Positions 1 through 10,824 of a DNA stretch of 64,000 nucleotides are shown here, one piece after another. Numbering within the stretch: the first letter of the stretch is position 1; the number at the start of each line of letters is the position of its first letter. The DNA comes from Anaerolineae bacterium. Its GTDB lineage: Bacteria > Chloroflexota > Anaerolineae > UBA1429. The stretch lies in the NCBI GenBank assembly GCA_963675785.1, contig OY776562.1, positions 2,432,001 through 2,496,000 on the forward strand, read 5' to 3'. Under the pieces are notes generated by a model. That model saw only the letters and a program-made list of their open reading frames with translations, was not told the origin of the DNA and made no database searches. The translations under genes were made by a program, and so were the position numbers.

Positions 1-690
1 TTGGCTCATCTCGCGGGGATGAGAGGTAAGAAAACGAAGGCGCTCCAGCCCCTCGATCTCGTGAACAGCCATGAGCACATCGGCCAAGTCCACTGGCTCG
101 TCGAGGTCCGATCCATAAGCATCCACGTTTTGGCCCAACAGAACGATCTCTTTAGTACCGTGGGCAACGAGGGAGCGAGCATCAGCCACAATCTCGACAA
201 TGGACCGGCTGCGCTGAGGTCCACGCCGCATGGTGACAATGCAATAGGTGCAGTGGTGGTCACAGCCATAGCTAATGGGCACCAAATCCGAGATCTGTGG
301 CGGAGTCACCAATTCGCCAGAAACAGAGTCCGTCCCGTTCTCCCAGGCGCGCACATAGCGAGATACCCCCTCGATATCCGAAGGTTGGAAAAAAGCGTTG
401 ACAAAGGGATAGGCTTCCTTCATCCGCTGAGGGTCATCGACCAGGCAGCCCATCACCAGCAATGCCCGGCGCCTTTCGCCATCCAGCAGAGATTTGAGCG
501 AGAGCATTCTGCCCATTGCACGGTCTTCGGCGCTCTGACGAACCACGCAGGTGTTCATAAAAAGCACATCCGCAGCCTCAGGATCGACCACAGGCTGGTA
601 TCCAAGCAGCTCAAGCTGTTCTTGAACCCGGTAACTATCCGAGCGGTTCATCTGACAGCCGCTCGACCATATATAGTATGCTTTACTCAC
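1..690 (-). CDS. miaB: tRNA-2-methylthio-N6-dimethylallyladenosine synthase MiaB (5' part; runs off the window edge)
   Basis: Not in the ORF track. Manual minus-strand translation from GTG 690 gives MSKAYYIWSSGCQMNRSDS...NTCVVRQSAE...GCDHHCTYCIV (radical SAM CxxxCxxC)...EIVLLGQNVDAYG. Confidence 0.9.
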   Translation of the reverse strand, partial: MSKAYYIWSSGCQMNRSDSYRVQEQLELLGYQPVVDPEAADVLFMNTCVVRQSAEDRAMGRMLSLKSLLDGERRRALLVMGCLVDDPQRMKEAYPFVNAFFQPSDIEGVSRYVRAWENGTDSVSGELVTPPQISDLVPISYGCDHHCTYCIVTMRRGPQRSRSIVEIVADARSLVAHGTKEIVLLGQNVDAYGSDLDEPVDLADVLMAVHEIEGLERLRFLTSHPREMSQ

Positions 691-713
691 AATCACTCTT
701 TCACACGCTAATG

Positions 714-3572
714 CTAGTACAACACCCGCTTGAGATATTGTCCGGTATACGATTCGGGACAGGCGGCCACCTCTTCGGGCGTGCCAGAGGCGATGACCCG
801 CCCGCCTTCTGATCCGCCCTCAGGTCCCAGATCAATAATCCAGTCGGCGGACTTGATCACATCCAGATTGTGTTCGATGACCGCCACAGTATTACCTGCA
901 TCCACCAATCTGCCCAAAACGAGCATCAAACGGTCGACATCGGCAGCATGCAAGCCCACAGTCGGTTCGTCGAGAATGTAGAGCGTTCTGCCTGTGGCGC
1001 GTCGAGACAGCTCACGGGCCAATTTGATGCGCTGAGCCTCACCACCAGAAAGGGTCGTTCCCGGCTGACCCAAACGAATATAACCCAGACCCACATCCCG
1101 CAGCGTTTGCAGATGGCGCTGCATGGAGGGGATGTTCTCGAAAAAGCGCAGAGCTTCATCCACGGTCATTTCGAGCACATCGGCGATCGAGGCTCCCTTG
1201 TATTTGATCTCCAAGGCTTCACGATTATAGCGCTTGCCCCCGCACACGTCGCAGGGCACATATACATCCGGCAAGAACTGCATCTCGATGCGAATGATGC
1301 CGGCACCCTGGCAGGCTTCACAACGGCCGCCTTTAACATTAAAGGAAAAACGGCCCGGCTTGTAGCCTCGTATCTTGGCATCAGGCAATGAGGCAAACAG
1401 GCTGCGAATACTGCCAAACAGTCCCGTATAGGTAGCCGGATTCGAACGCGGTGTGCGCCCAATCGGCGATTGGTCGATATCGATGACTTTGTCCAGATAA
1501 TCCTGACCGCGCATCTCATCGTGCGGCCCCGGCTTGGTGGCAGCGCGGTTCAGCTCGTGTGCCAGTCGCTTGTAGATAGTCTCGATGAGCAGACTACTCT
1601 TGCCCGAACCCGATACGCCCGTTACTGCAACAAAGCACCCCAGGGGCATGCGCACACCCACATCCCGCAGGTTATTCATGCGCGCACCCTCAAGAGTCAG
1701 CCAATGCCCATTACCCGAGCGACGCTTGGCCGGCATAGGCACAGCCTTGGTTCCACTGAGGTACTGACCAGTCAACGAATCCTCACAAGCCATAATCTCT
1801 TGCAAGGTGCCAGCACAGACGATCTCGCCACCCAACTCACCGGCGCCAGGGCCCAGGTCGATGATGTAATCCGCACTGCGGATGGTCTCCTCATCGTGCT
1901 CAACTACCAGCACGGTGTTACCCAAATCCCGCAGGCCAATCAGGGTATCGATGAGCCGCTGGTTATCGCGCTGATGTAGGCCAATGCTGGGCTCATCCAG
2001 AATATAGAGCACGCCCATCAGCTTGCTGCCGATTTGCGTGGCCAGGCGAATGCGCTGAGCCTCACCACCAGACAGCGTCGCCGCCGCCCGTGACAGGCTC
2101 AAATAATGCAGCCCTACATCCCGAAGAAAATTGAGCCGATTGAGCACTTCTTTGATGATGTCACGGGCAATAGTTAGCTGGCGTTCTGGCAAATGCTGAT
2201 CGAGGTCGGTGAAAAAGGCAATGGCCTCTTTGACTGCAAGCCCGCTCACCTGGTCGATCGCCTTGTCGCTCACGGTAACCGCCAAGCTGGTAGGCTTGAG
2301 TCGGCGCCCCTGGCAAACCGGACAAGGCGTTACCGACATGTACTCTTCGACGCGGCTCTTCCAGAAATCCGAGCTGCTCTCAGCATAACGACGCTCCAAA
2401 AACGGGATAACACCCTCGAAAGTGGTCTCATAGTTCCGCTCGCCGCCCTGCCAACTGTTGTAGTGAAAAGGAATCGATTCAGCCCCACTGCCATAGAGCA
2501 CAATCTTTTGAAAATCGGGGGGCAGTTCACACCAGGGTTTATTCATCGACACGCCGTAATGTTCGGCCACGGCCGTCAACAGTGAACGGTTGTAATCATC
2601 GGATTTCAAACCATTGGCCCAGGGAGCAATCGCCCCAGCCGCAAGCGAGAGCGAATCGTCCGGTACCACCAACTCGGGATCGATTTCCTCTTTGATGCCC
2701 AGGCCAGTACATTCGGGGCAAGCACCATGGGGCGAGTTGAAGGAAAAACTGCGAGGCTCCAATTCGGGTAAACTGATGCCGCACACCGGACATGCGTATT
2801 TTTCGGAAAAGAGCATGTCCTCGCCATCGATGACCGCAGCGATCAGGCTGCCATCGCCAAGCTCTAACGCCGTCTCGATTGAATCCGCCAAACGCCGCCG
2901 AAGCTCATCGGCTGTAGCTACATCACCCTGCACATCGCGAACAATGATGCGGTCTACGACGGCCTCAATGGTGTGCATCTTGTAACGATCCAGGACAATG
3001 TCCTCGGTCAGGTCACGGACCTCACCATCGATGCGGGCCCGCACAAACCCAGCACGAGCGAGATCAGTCAACACCTTGCGGTGTTCACCCTTGCGGTCGC
3101 GAATCAACGGCCCAAGGATGAGCAAGCGGGTACCATCCGGCACGGCCAACAGCGTATCCACCATGTCCTGTACAGTCTGGCGGCTAATCTCGCGCCCGCA
3201 CTCTGGGCAATGCGGCACACCGATACGAGCATACAAGAGACGCAAATAGTCATAGATCTCTGTAACCGTGCCCACTGTGGAACGCGGACTGCGGCTGGTG
3301 CTCTTTTGATCGATGCTAATGGCCGGCGAGAGCCCCTCAATGTGATCCACATCGGGCTTGTCCATCTGCCCCAAGAACTGGCGGGCATAGGCCGAGAGAG
3401 ACTCTACATAGCGCCGCTGGCCCTCGGCATAGATGGTATCAAAAGCGAGGGAAGACTTGCCCGAACCAGAAAGCCCAGTGATGACCACCAGCTTGTCGCG
3501 GGGAATATCCACATCAATATTCTTGAGGTTATGCTGCCGCGCTCCGCGGATCGTTATATTTTCTTGAGGCAT
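714..3572 (-). CDS. uvrA: Excinuclease ABC subunit A
   Basis: [12 protein letters not shown], two Walker A motifs ([18 protein letters not shown]), two LSGGEAQR signatures, zinc fingers. Confidence 0.99.
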   Translation of the reverse strand: MPQENITIRGARQHNLKNIDVDIPRDKLVVITGLSGSGKSSLAFDTIYAEGQRRYVESLSAYARQFLGQMDKPDVDHIEGLSPAISIDQKSTSRSPRSTVGTVTEIYDYLRLLYARIGVPHCPECGREISRQTVQDMVDTLLAVPDGTRLLILGPLIRDRKGEHRKVLTDLARAGFVRARIDGEVRDLTEDIVLDRYKMHTIEAVVDRIIVRDVQGDVATADELRRRLADSIETALELGDGSLIAAVIDGEDMLFSEKYACPVCGISLPELEPRSFSFNSPHGACPECTGLGIKEEIDPELVVPDDSLSLAAGAIAPWANGLKSDDYNRSLLTAVAEHYGVSMNKPWCELPPDFQKIVLYGSGAESIPFHYNSWQGGERNYETTFEGVIPFLERRYAESSSDFWKSRVEEYMSVTPCPVCQGRRLKPTSLAVTVSDKAIDQVSGLAVKEAIAFFTDLDQHLPERQLTIARDIIKEVLNRLNFLRDVGLHYLSLSRAAATLSGGEAQRIRLATQIGSKLMGVLYILDEPSIGLHQRDNQRLIDTLIGLRDLGNTVLVVEHDEETIRSADYIIDLGPGAGELGGEIVCAGTLQEIMACEDSLTGQYLSGTKAVPMPAKRRSGNGHWLTLEGARMNNLRDVGVRMPLGCFVAVTGVSGSGKSSLLIETIYKRLAHELNRAATKPGPHDEMRGQDYLDKVIDIDQSPIGRTPRSNPATYTGLFGSIRSLFASLPDAKIRGYKPGRFSFNVKGGRCEACQGAGIIRIEMQFLPDVYVPCDVCGGKRYNREALEIKYKGASIADVLEMTVDEALRFFENIPSMQRHLQTLRDVGLGYIRLGQPGTTLSGGEAQRIKLARELSRRATGRTLYILDEPTVGLHAADVDRLMLVLGRLVDAGNTVAVIEHNLDVIKSADWIIDLGPEGGSEGGRVIASGTPEEVAACPESYTGQYLKRVLY

Positions 3573-3582
3573 TCATCCACCA

Positions 3583-5610
3583 TTAACTCTTTTCAACGCG
3601 TTGTGCTTTGCGAAAACGTTCCCACTCGGGAGCATCGTCTTGGGCCTCGATGCTACGCCGCAAATCGAGGATCTCGTCGCGAATGAGGGCCGCCTTTTCA
3701 AACTCGAGAGCACGAGAGGCCTCTTTCATCTGCTCTTCCAACTGTTTGATAACGCGCAGGGCCTCATCCACCGGAATAGCCGATACGTGATAAGCTGCCC
3801 CTTCTTCGGCCACAACCCTAGACGCAGCCGACAAAGCGCGGATTTCCTTGATAATCGAGGTCGGCTCGATGCCGTTGGCCTCGTTGTAGTCTCGCTGAAT
3901 CTGGCGCCTGCGGTTGGTCTCTTCAATAGCCCGCCGCATTGAATCAGTGACCACATCGGCGTACATAATGACCTGGCCGTTGACATGCCGCGCAGCACGG
4001 CCGATGGTTTGAATGAGCGCCTGCGCCGAACGCAAGAACCCTTCTTTGTCCGCATCCAGAATGACCACCAACGACACTTCGGGCAGGTCGAGACCCTCAC
4101 GCAAGAGGTTGACACCCACCACCACATCATATACACCGGCCCGCAGGTCATTCAAAATATCGACGCGCTCCATAGTGACAATCTCACTGTGCAGATAATG
4201 CACCCGAATACCCGCCTCTGTCAGATATTCAGCCAGGTCCTCGGCCATGCGCTTGGTCAAGGTCGTCACCAGAGCGCGCTCGCCATGCCGGGTTCTCTTT
4301 TGCAGCTCTTGGATCAAATCATCGATCTGCCCTTCGGTGGGTTTGACGACCACTTCAGGGTCAATCAATCCCGTCGGCCGGATAACCTGTTCGACGATCT
4401 GGCTGCTTACCGTTCTCTCGTATTCAGCGGGCGTGGCCGAGACAAACACACACTGATTGACATGATCCTCAAATTCGGCAAAGGTGAGGGGACGGTTGTC
4501 CATAGCCGAGGGTAATCGAAAGCCAAAGTCCACCAGCGTCTTTTTGCGGGCGCGGTCGCCATTGTACATACCGCGAACCTGCGGCACTGTCATGTGCGAT
4601 TCGTCGATGAACATGAGATAATCAGAGGGGAAATAGTCCAATAACGTCCAGGGAGGCTCGCCCTCTTCGCGTCCGGAAAGATGACGCGAATAGTTTTCCA
4701 CCCCAGAGCAATAGCCCACCTCGCGCAGCATCTCCAGATCATAGCGAGTACGCTGCTCCAGGCGTTGGGCTTCAAGCAGGTGGTCGCCATCGCGCAAAAG
4801 CTTGAGTTGGTCGTCGAGTTCGCCCTCGATGCGTTCCAGGGCGCCCTCCAACTTTTCCGTTGGCGTAATAAAGTGCTTGGCCGGATAGATCTGGATCTTT
4901 TCATGCTCGGCGATAATCTGGCCAGTAAGAGCATCCACCTCAGTCAGGCGATCCACCTCGTCGCCCCAGAACTCGATGCGATATACCGTCTGCCCATAAG
5001 CGAGCATAACCTCCACTGTGTCGCCACGCACGCGGAACTTGCCCGGAGAAAGTGCGGTGTCATTGCGCTCATAGAGGATGCTCACCAAATGGCGCAACAA
5101 GCGCTCGCGCCGTTCCACCTGGCCACGAGCCAGATCCACCACTACCTGACCATACGTCTCGGGATCGCCCAAGCCGTAGATGCAGGATACTGAAGCCACC
5201 ACAACCACATCGCGCCGACTGAACAAAGAAGACGTTGCTTCCAGTCGCAGTCGGTCAATCTCATCGTTGATTTGGGCGTCTTTTTCTATATAGGTGTCAG
5301 TGCGCGGAATATAGGCTTCCGGCTGATAGTAATCATAATAGCTGACGAAATAAGAGACGGCGTTATCCGGAAAGAATTCCTTGAACTCGCCATAGAGCTG
5401 CGCTGCCAGGGTTTTGTTGTGAGCGATGACGATAGCCGGACGCTGCAAGGTCTCAATGATATTCGCCATGACGTATGTCTTGCCAGAGCCCGTTACACCC
5501 AACAGAGTCTGAAAACGGTCACCCCGCTCCATACCATCAATCAGGCTCTCGATGGCTTGCGGCTGGTCTCCTGTCGGTCGATAATCCGACACCAGTCTGA
5601 ACTCACCCAA
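3583..5610 (-). CDS. uvrB: Excinuclease ABC subunit B
   Basis: [27 protein letters not shown] beta-hairpin, C-terminal UVR domain. TTG start at 5610 chosen from an AGGAG RBS. Confidence 0.98.
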   Translation of the reverse strand: MGEFRLVSDYRPTGDQPQAIESLIDGMERGDRFQTLLGVTGSGKTYVMANIIETLQRPAIVIAHNKTLAAQLYGEFKEFFPDNAVSYFVSYYDYYQPEAYIPRTDTYIEKDAQINDEIDRLRLEATSSLFSRRDVVVVASVSCIYGLGDPETYGQVVVDLARGQVERRERLLRHLVSILYERNDTALSPGKFRVRGDTVEVMLAYGQTVYRIEFWGDEVDRLTEVDALTGQIIAEHEKIQIYPAKHFITPTEKLEGALERIEGELDDQLKLLRDGDHLLEAQRLEQRTRYDLEMLREVGYCSGVENYSRHLSGREEGEPPWTLLDYFPSDYLMFIDESHMTVPQVRGMYNGDRARKKTLVDFGFRLPSAMDNRPLTFAEFEDHVNQCVFVSATPAEYERTVSSQIVEQVIRPTGLIDPEVVVKPTEGQIDDLIQELQKRTRHGERALVTTLTKRMAEDLAEYLTEAGIRVHYLHSEIVTMERVDILNDLRAGVYDVVVGVNLLREGLDLPEVSLVVILDADKEGFLRSAQALIQTIGRAARHVNGQVIMYADVVTDSMRRAIEETNRRRQIQRDYNEANGIEPTSIIKEIRALSAASRVVAEEGAAYHVSAIPVDEALRVIKQLEEQMKEASRALEFEKAALIRDEILDLRRSIEAQDDAPEWERFRKAQRVEKS

Positions 5611-5645
5611 TGGAACTCTCCTGTCTCTGAAACGCACCGACCGTT

Positions 5646-5664
5646 ATTATAGCACAGATGTTCA
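5646..5664 (-). promoter_or_regulatory. uvrB extended -10 promoter overlapped by a putative LexA (SOS) box
   Basis: Minus strand reads TGAACATCTGTGCTATAAT: GAAC-N4-GTGC (one mismatch to GAAC-N4-GTTC) running into TG-n-TATAAT. Confidence 0.65.
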
Positions 5665-5758
5665 AATTTTCCTTGATTGCTATACGGTTGCACAATGGGC
5701 TACCCTGCAATATACTGGCGAGTGCACGACTCACTCGATGGAGAGGAATTTTTCTAGT

Positions 5759-6688
5759 ATGCGCATTCTGGTTACGGGAGGGGCGGGCTTTTTAGGAACT
5801 GCCCTGGCCAACAAACTGGTACAAGAGGGGCACATCGTCCGTGTACTGGACGATCTTTCGGCAGGCGATGCTTCTTATCTGGATAAAGACATCCTTTTCT
5901 CACGCGGCGATACACGCGATATCCCTCGCCTTTGGTCATTGCTCAAAGATGTGGATTGCGTCTACCATCTGGCGGCGCGCGTCAGCGTCCCCGAGTCCAT
6001 CGCCTATCCCGTAGAGTATAACGATGTCAATGTAGGCGGCACGGTCAGCCTGATGACCGCCGTACGCGATGCAAGGGTCAAACGCGTGGTGCTGGCCTCT
6101 TCAGCGGCAGTGTACGGCAATCAAGCACAGCAACCCATCAGCGAATCCGCCGTGCTCCAGCCCGAATCACCCTACGCTGTCAGCAAAGTGGCCGCCGAAA
6201 ACTATGTGCAGGCCATCGGCAAACTGTGGGGAATCGAAACGGTTATCCTGCGCATTCAAAACGCCTATGGTCCCAATCAGCCGCTGCCGGCCTCGCATGC
6301 GCCGGTTGTGCCGCGGTTTCTCAAACAGGTGTGCTCGGGGGGATCGGTCATTCTCTTTGGGAGCGGGCGTCAGACGCGTGACTTTGTGTACATCAGCGAT
6401 GTTACCGATGCCCTGATAGCCGCGGGCAGCGTGCCCGATATCGACGGTACGATCTGTAACATCGGCAGCGGTAGCGAGACGAGTATCTCAGAGCTACTTG
6501 ATGTCATCGAAAAAGTCACCGGACGAGAAGCACATCGGCTGCAAAACGGAGTTGGCGAAGTGGGTGTATCTCGCCTCTATGCTAACATCTCACGCGCCCA
6601 AGAGGTTCTAGGATATAGCTCCAGGGTGAACCTAGAGACAGGTCTCCGATTCACCCTGGAGCAAGATGTGCGTTTCAGCCCCTGTTGA
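5759..6688 (+). CDS. NAD-dependent sugar-nucleotide epimerase/dehydratase (extended SDR)
   Basis: MRILVTGGAGFLG, YAVSK catalytic YxxxK, QTRDFVYISD. GGAGAGG RBS before ATG 5759. Confidence 0.9.
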   Translation: MRILVTGGAGFLGTALANKLVQEGHIVRVLDDLSAGDASYLDKDILFSRGDTRDIPRLWSLLKDVDCVYHLAARVSVPESIAYPVEYNDVNVGGTVSLMTAVRDARVKRVVLASSAAVYGNQAQQPISESAVLQPESPYAVSKVAAENYVQAIGKLWGIETVILRIQNAYGPNQPLPASHAPVVPRFLKQVCSGGSVILFGSGRQTRDFVYISDVTDALIAAGSVPDIDGTICNIGSGSETSISELLDVIEKVTGREAHRLQNGVGEVGVSRLYANISRAQEVLGYSSRVNLETGLRFTLEQDVRFSPC

Positions 6689-6690
6689 AC

Positions 6691-6981
6691 CTAATCCTGG
6701 AACGTCGGGGCTTCTTCGATCATGACCTTGCCAGCAACAGCTTCATCTATAGAGTGCACTGTGCCGCCACCATCTGCTATCTCGCTGACCAATGCCTCGA
6801 GGCTAAGATCAGTCCCGACAGCCGTGATCTTGGCGTTCTCAACCATTCGGTCAACTTCATAGATATTGATGTTGACGCCATCGACGCCAGGGAGCCCCGC
6901 GAGCCGCTGTGCCAGCACAACGATCGAGGGATCGTGAGGCTTGAGCACATCAAGCACGATTCGCCTAACCTTGGCTTCCAT
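6691..6981 (-). CDS. DUF211-family small protein
   Basis: RRIVLDVLKPH...GGTVHSIDE..AG pattern recalled for DUF211/COG1888; overlaps the trmI stop. Confidence 0.8.
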   Translation of the reverse strand: MEAKVRRIVLDVLKPHDPSIVVLAQRLAGLPGVDGVNINIYEVDRMVENAKITAVGTDLSLEALVSEIADGGGTVHSIDEAVAGKVMIEEAPTFQD

Positions 6982-7810
6982 TTTCGTACACTCCTTCTTC
7001 AGAACTATCCAATTCTTCTACACCCTCAGAATCCATAGCGTCTGACGGCACATACCGTGCAAACACCAGATACCCCGTATGAGCAGGCATGAGATCGACA
7101 GGGCGCAGCCGGGCTGGAACGGGTTTGTAGTGGCGCACCAGAATCTCTAGCACCTCGACATCCCATAACCCCGTGCCCCGTATGCCAAACAACAAGTCAG
7201 TCACCTGATTGGTAGTCGGGACGAGTGCGCCAAAGAACCCTGAAGGCTGAAGCGCCGCCGTTACCTGCGTCAGATATTCCCAGGGTTCGCGTACATCCAA
7301 AAAGACCGCATCCACATCCGTTTGGTCAAATCCCTCGATGATATCACGCTGGTAAAATTCGACGCGATCATTATACCCGGCCAATTCGAGATTCTTGCGG
7401 GCGATGTTGATCATGTCTTCGCGGTTATCATAGCTGTAAATCGTACCCGTGGGCGCCACACGATGGGCAAATGCCGTGGTCAGAGCGCCGCTGCCCGTTC
7501 CCGCCTCAATCACGCGGCTTCCCGCGCCAAGGTCCATCTTGAGCAAAATCAGGCCAATATCCTTGGGATAGATGATCTGCGAGCCTCGCTTCAAGTTCAT
7601 CAGCAGGTCATCCAGAGAGGGACGAAGCACCAAAACTTTGTGCCCTAAATGGGTGGTAACAGAGCGGCCGAACGACTGACCAATGATATCATCATGTTCA
7701 ACAAAACCATGATGCGTATTGTGCCGCCAACCACTCTTGAGCACAAACAGGGAACGTTTGCCGTCTTTGCCAACAAGCAGTACGGAGTCATTCTCCTGTG
7801 CTAAATTCAC
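6965..7810 (-). CDS. trmI: tRNA (adenine-58-N1)-methyltransferase TrmI
   Basis: QIIYPKD, EAGTGSGALT, FLDVREPW, RP...HTGYL motifs of the GCD14/TrmI family. Confidence 0.93.
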   Translation of the reverse strand: MNLAQENDSVLLVGKDGKRSLFVLKSGWRHNTHHGFVEHDDIIGQSFGRSVTTHLGHKVLVLRPSLDDLLMNLKRGSQIIYPKDIGLILLKMDLGAGSRVIEAGTGSGALTTAFAHRVAPTGTIYSYDNREDMINIARKNLELAGYNDRVEFYQRDIIEGFDQTDVDAVFLDVREPWEYLTQVTAALQPSGFFGALVPTTNQVTDLLFGIRGTGLWDVEVLEILVRHYKPVPARLRPVDLMPAHTGYLVFARYVPSDAMDSEGVEELDSSEEGVYENGSQG

Positions 7811-7844
7811 ATTTTATCCTTTACCTAAAGTCCCTCAACAATGT

Positions 7845-7873
7845 ATTATAGGAGGCGTATATTGCTTGTACAA
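7845..7873 (-). promoter_or_regulatory. Putative sigma70 promoter for trmI
   Basis: Minus strand TTGTAC-N17-TATAAT. Confidence 0.5.
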
Positions 7874-7895
7874 ACTGCAGAACGGAGCGAAAAAC

Positions 7896-8477
7896 ATGAA
7901 CGATCGGCAAGCCAAGACTGATTATCCTATCATGGATGAAATAGCCGAACGTTGGAGCCCCATCTCCTTTGAGCCAAAACCCTTATGTGAAGGTGAGCTG
8001 GCCAGCCTGTTCGAAGCTGCACGTTGGGCCCCTTCTTCGATGAACGCACAACCCTGGGAATACATCTATGCCCGACGCGAAAACGAGGTCGAATTCGACC
8101 GCCTGTTCTCCTGCCTCAACGAGGGTAACCAGGCTTGGGCCCACGAATGCAGCGTGCTCATCGTTACCGTAACCAACGGCGAAGGCCGCTATGCCTACCA
8201 CGACGCGGGCCTGGCACTCGAAAACTTGGCCATTCAGGCCACCTCCATGGGATTGCATGTCCATCCCATGGGCGGCTTTTCGCCATCCAAAGCGACCGAA
8301 CTGCTGGGCATCCCCGAAGGGCACAACCCCGTGGCCATGGTAGCTGTCGGCTATCTAGCCGACGATTCGGCTCTGGACGAGAACCTCATGCACAAGAACC
8401 GCCGTGAGCGTGCTCGCAAGCCGATTTCCGAGTTTTGCTTTGAAGGAACCTGGGGCAGCAGCATTCGCAAACTGTAA
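7896..8477 (+). CDS. Nitroreductase family protein
   Basis: ERWSPISF, AARWAPSSMNAQPW, HPMGGF, R.RKP. Start at ATG 7896. Confidence 0.92.
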   Translation: MNDRQAKTDYPIMDEIAERWSPISFEPKPLCEGELASLFEAARWAPSSMNAQPWEYIYARRENEVEFDRLFSCLNEGNQAWAHECSVLIVTVTNGEGRYAYHDAGLALENLAIQATSMGLHVHPMGGFSPSKATELLGIPEGHNPVAMVAVGYLADDSALDENLMHKNRRERARKPISEFCFEGTWGSSIRKL

Positions 8478-8480
8478 CCA

Positions 8481-8507
8481 TTTGGGGCAGGGCCTACCTG
8501 CCCCAAA
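8481..8507. terminator. Hairpin between convergent genes (probable terminator)
   Basis: TTTGGGGCAGG-gccta-CCTGCCCCAAA, a perfect 11-bp stem. Confidence 0.7.
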
Positions 8508-8528
8508 AGATTTTGTGATGAGGTAACT

Positions 8529-10649
8529 CTACACCTGTAAGCTGAACTTTCCCTGCACAAAGGGCAAGGGGCTATTGGCAAGAGGCTGTCCTCCACCTAC
8601 AGATACCGTGAAGGTACCAGGTTCTACATGACGCACGCCTTCATCGTCAAAAACTGCTAGCTGCGTCGGTTTGAGCGTAAAGCATACTATTTTGCTCTCG
8701 CCGGGCTCCAGGGCAATACGAGCAAACCCTTCGAGATGCCGCACTGGCACCGGATAGCTGGCCTCATCATCGGTCACATAAAGCTGCACGACTTCTTCAC
8801 CAGCTCGTTGGCCCATATTCTTGACTAGCGCACTGATTCTGACCGTTGAATCCGTCCGTCCTTCGCCCTCATCGATCTTGAGATCGCTGTAGGCAAATTG
8901 GGTGTAACTAAGGCCATAGCCAAAAGGATAGAGTGGGTCGTATTTGAGAAAGCGATACGTGTGCCCCGAGTACATAGCGTAATCCGTAAAATCGGGCAAC
9001 TGATCGACAGAGCGAGCAAAGGTAATGGGCAGACGCCCAGCCGGGTTATAATCGCCAAAGAGCACGCTGGCTAGAGCTGCCCCGCCCTCTTCGCCAGGGT
9101 ACCAGGCTTCAACGATGGCCGGCACATGCTCATCAGCCCAGTTGATGGCTAACGCACTGCCGTTCAACAGCACCAATACAACGGGCGTGCCCGTCACAAC
9201 GATCTCTTTTAACAACTCTTCCTGCACGCCAAAAAGAATGATATCATCGCGGTCAGCCTTGCGGCCTTCATCGTCTATATCCTCTTCGCCCTCTACCCTC
9301 GGATTGAGGCCTAGGCAAACGATGGCGACGTCGGCCTTGGCAGCAAGGTCCACTGCCTCGGCAAAGCCATCGCGCGAGTCATCCCAAATATCACAGCCCT
9401 TGGCATAGGTCACCTTGGCTTCTGGTAGCATGTTGCGAATGCCCGCCAATGGCGTCGTCGAACGGGAGGGGGTGCCGTTATAGTTACCCAGCAGCACTTC
9501 GTCATCATCGGCATTGGGCCCAATGACGGCCACATGCTTGAGTCCCTTGTTCAGCGGCAACATGCCATCTTTGTTCTTGAGCAACACCATTGACTTTAGA
9601 GCCACTTCCAGCGCAAGCTGGCGGTGCTCTTCTGAATCGTTCTCACTGTAGGGGATATTGGCATAAGACACGCGGTCAGCGGGATCAAACATGCCCAACT
9701 TGAAACGAGCCAAGAACAAACGCTTGACCGAAAGCGTGACGGTCTCTTCGCTGATGAGCCCTTGGTTCACAGCGTTCACCAACAACTCGAAGGCCTCGCC
9801 ACAGTTGAGGTCGCAGCCCTCGTTCACCGCCAAAGCCGCTGCCTCTTCAGGTGTGGTGGCAAGGCCGTGATCCTGATAAATATCTTTGATGGCCCAGCAA
9901 TCTGAAACCACATAGCCGTCAAAGTCCCATTCATCGCGCAAAATCTCGCCCAAAAGGCGATGACTGGCACAGCAAGCCTCACCGTTGGTTCGGTTATAAG
10001 CCCCCATTACCGAATAAGCACCCGCATCGCACACCAGTGCTTCAAAGGCGGGTAAATAGGTCTCGCGCATATCGCGTTCATCAGCTATTGCATTAAAGCG
10101 ATGGCGATCAGCCTCGGGGCCGCTGTGCACGGCAAAGTGCTTGGCCGTAGCAACCAGTTTAAAATAGTGGGGATCGTCACCCTGAAGACCTTTGACGAAT
10201 TCAACGCCGAGCTTTGCGGTGAGACAGGGATCTTCTCCATAGGTCTCCTGTCCACGGCCCCAGCGGGGATCGCGAAAGATATTGACATTGGGTGACCAAA
10301 ATGTAAGTCCCTTGTAGATGCCGCGATCGTCCTGGCGTACGAATTCGTGGTGCTTGGCTCGGGCCTCGTCAGAGACGGCCACAGACATACGACTGATTAG
10401 GTCGGTATCAAAAGTGGCTCCCATGCCGATGGCTTGTGGAAAAACGGTGGCAATGCCCGCGCGAGCGACGCCGTGCAAGCATTCGTTCCACCAGTTATAG
10501 GCAGGCACGCCAAGCCGTTCGATGGCTGCCGCATGATGAACCATTTGAGAGACTTTTTCCTCAAGCGTCATTTGGTCTACCAGATCATCGACGCGTTCTT
10601 CAAAACTCAGATCCGGGTTCATATAGCGAGGAGCCGTATCAGACATCAT
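8529..10649 (-). CDS. GH3 glycoside hydrolase (beta-xylosidase/beta-glucosidase type) with Fn3-like C-terminus, no signal peptide
   Basis: WWNECLHGV, WSPNVNIFRDPRWGRGQETYGEDP, KHFAVH, VVSDCWA nucleophile, YPFGYGLSY. AGGAGG RBS before ATG 10649. Confidence 0.95.
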   Translation of the reverse strand: MMSDTAPRYMNPDLSFEERVDDLVDQMTLEEKVSQMVHHAAAIERLGVPAYNWWNECLHGVARAGIATVFPQAIGMGATFDTDLISRMSVAVSDEARAKHHEFVRQDDRGIYKGLTFWSPNVNIFRDPRWGRGQETYGEDPCLTAKLGVEFVKGLQGDDPHYFKLVATAKHFAVHSGPEADRHRFNAIADERDMRETYLPAFEALVCDAGAYSVMGAYNRTNGEACCASHRLLGEILRDEWDFDGYVVSDCWAIKDIYQDHGLATTPEEAAALAVNEGCDLNCGEAFELLVNAVNQGLISEETVTLSVKRLFLARFKLGMFDPADRVSYANIPYSENDSEEHRQLALEVALKSMVLLKNKDGMLPLNKGLKHVAVIGPNADDDEVLLGNYNGTPSRSTTPLAGIRNMLPEAKVTYAKGCDIWDDSRDGFAEAVDLAAKADVAIVCLGLNPRVEGEEDIDDEGRKADRDDIILFGVQEELLKEIVVTGTPVVLVLLNGSALAINWADEHVPAIVEAWYPGEEGGAALASVLFGDYNPAGRLPITFARSVDQLPDFTDYAMYSGHTYRFLKYDPLYPFGYGLSYTQFAYSDLKIDEGEGRTDSTVRISALVKNMGQRAGEEVVQLYVTDDEASYPVPVRHLEGFARIALEPGESKIVCFTLKPTQLAVFDDEGVRHVEPGTFTVSVGGGQPLANSPLPFVQGKFSLQV

Positions 10650-10824
10650 AACCTCCTGAACAGATCTATTTTCCCTGATGACAGTATAGTCGGATAATCC
10701 CTTTAAACCAACGAATTCGCCGCTACGGGCGTAACTTCTCACGAGAAAAGGGGTTGGGAATATTACGGGTTTTTAGGCCATCCACACATTAAAAGCCAAC
10801 ATTCATAGCAAGAGAGGGATAGCA

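Noticed and set aside
1-711. 236-aa plus-strand ORF
   Set aside because: Antisense shadow of miaB, which has clear motifs on the minus strand.
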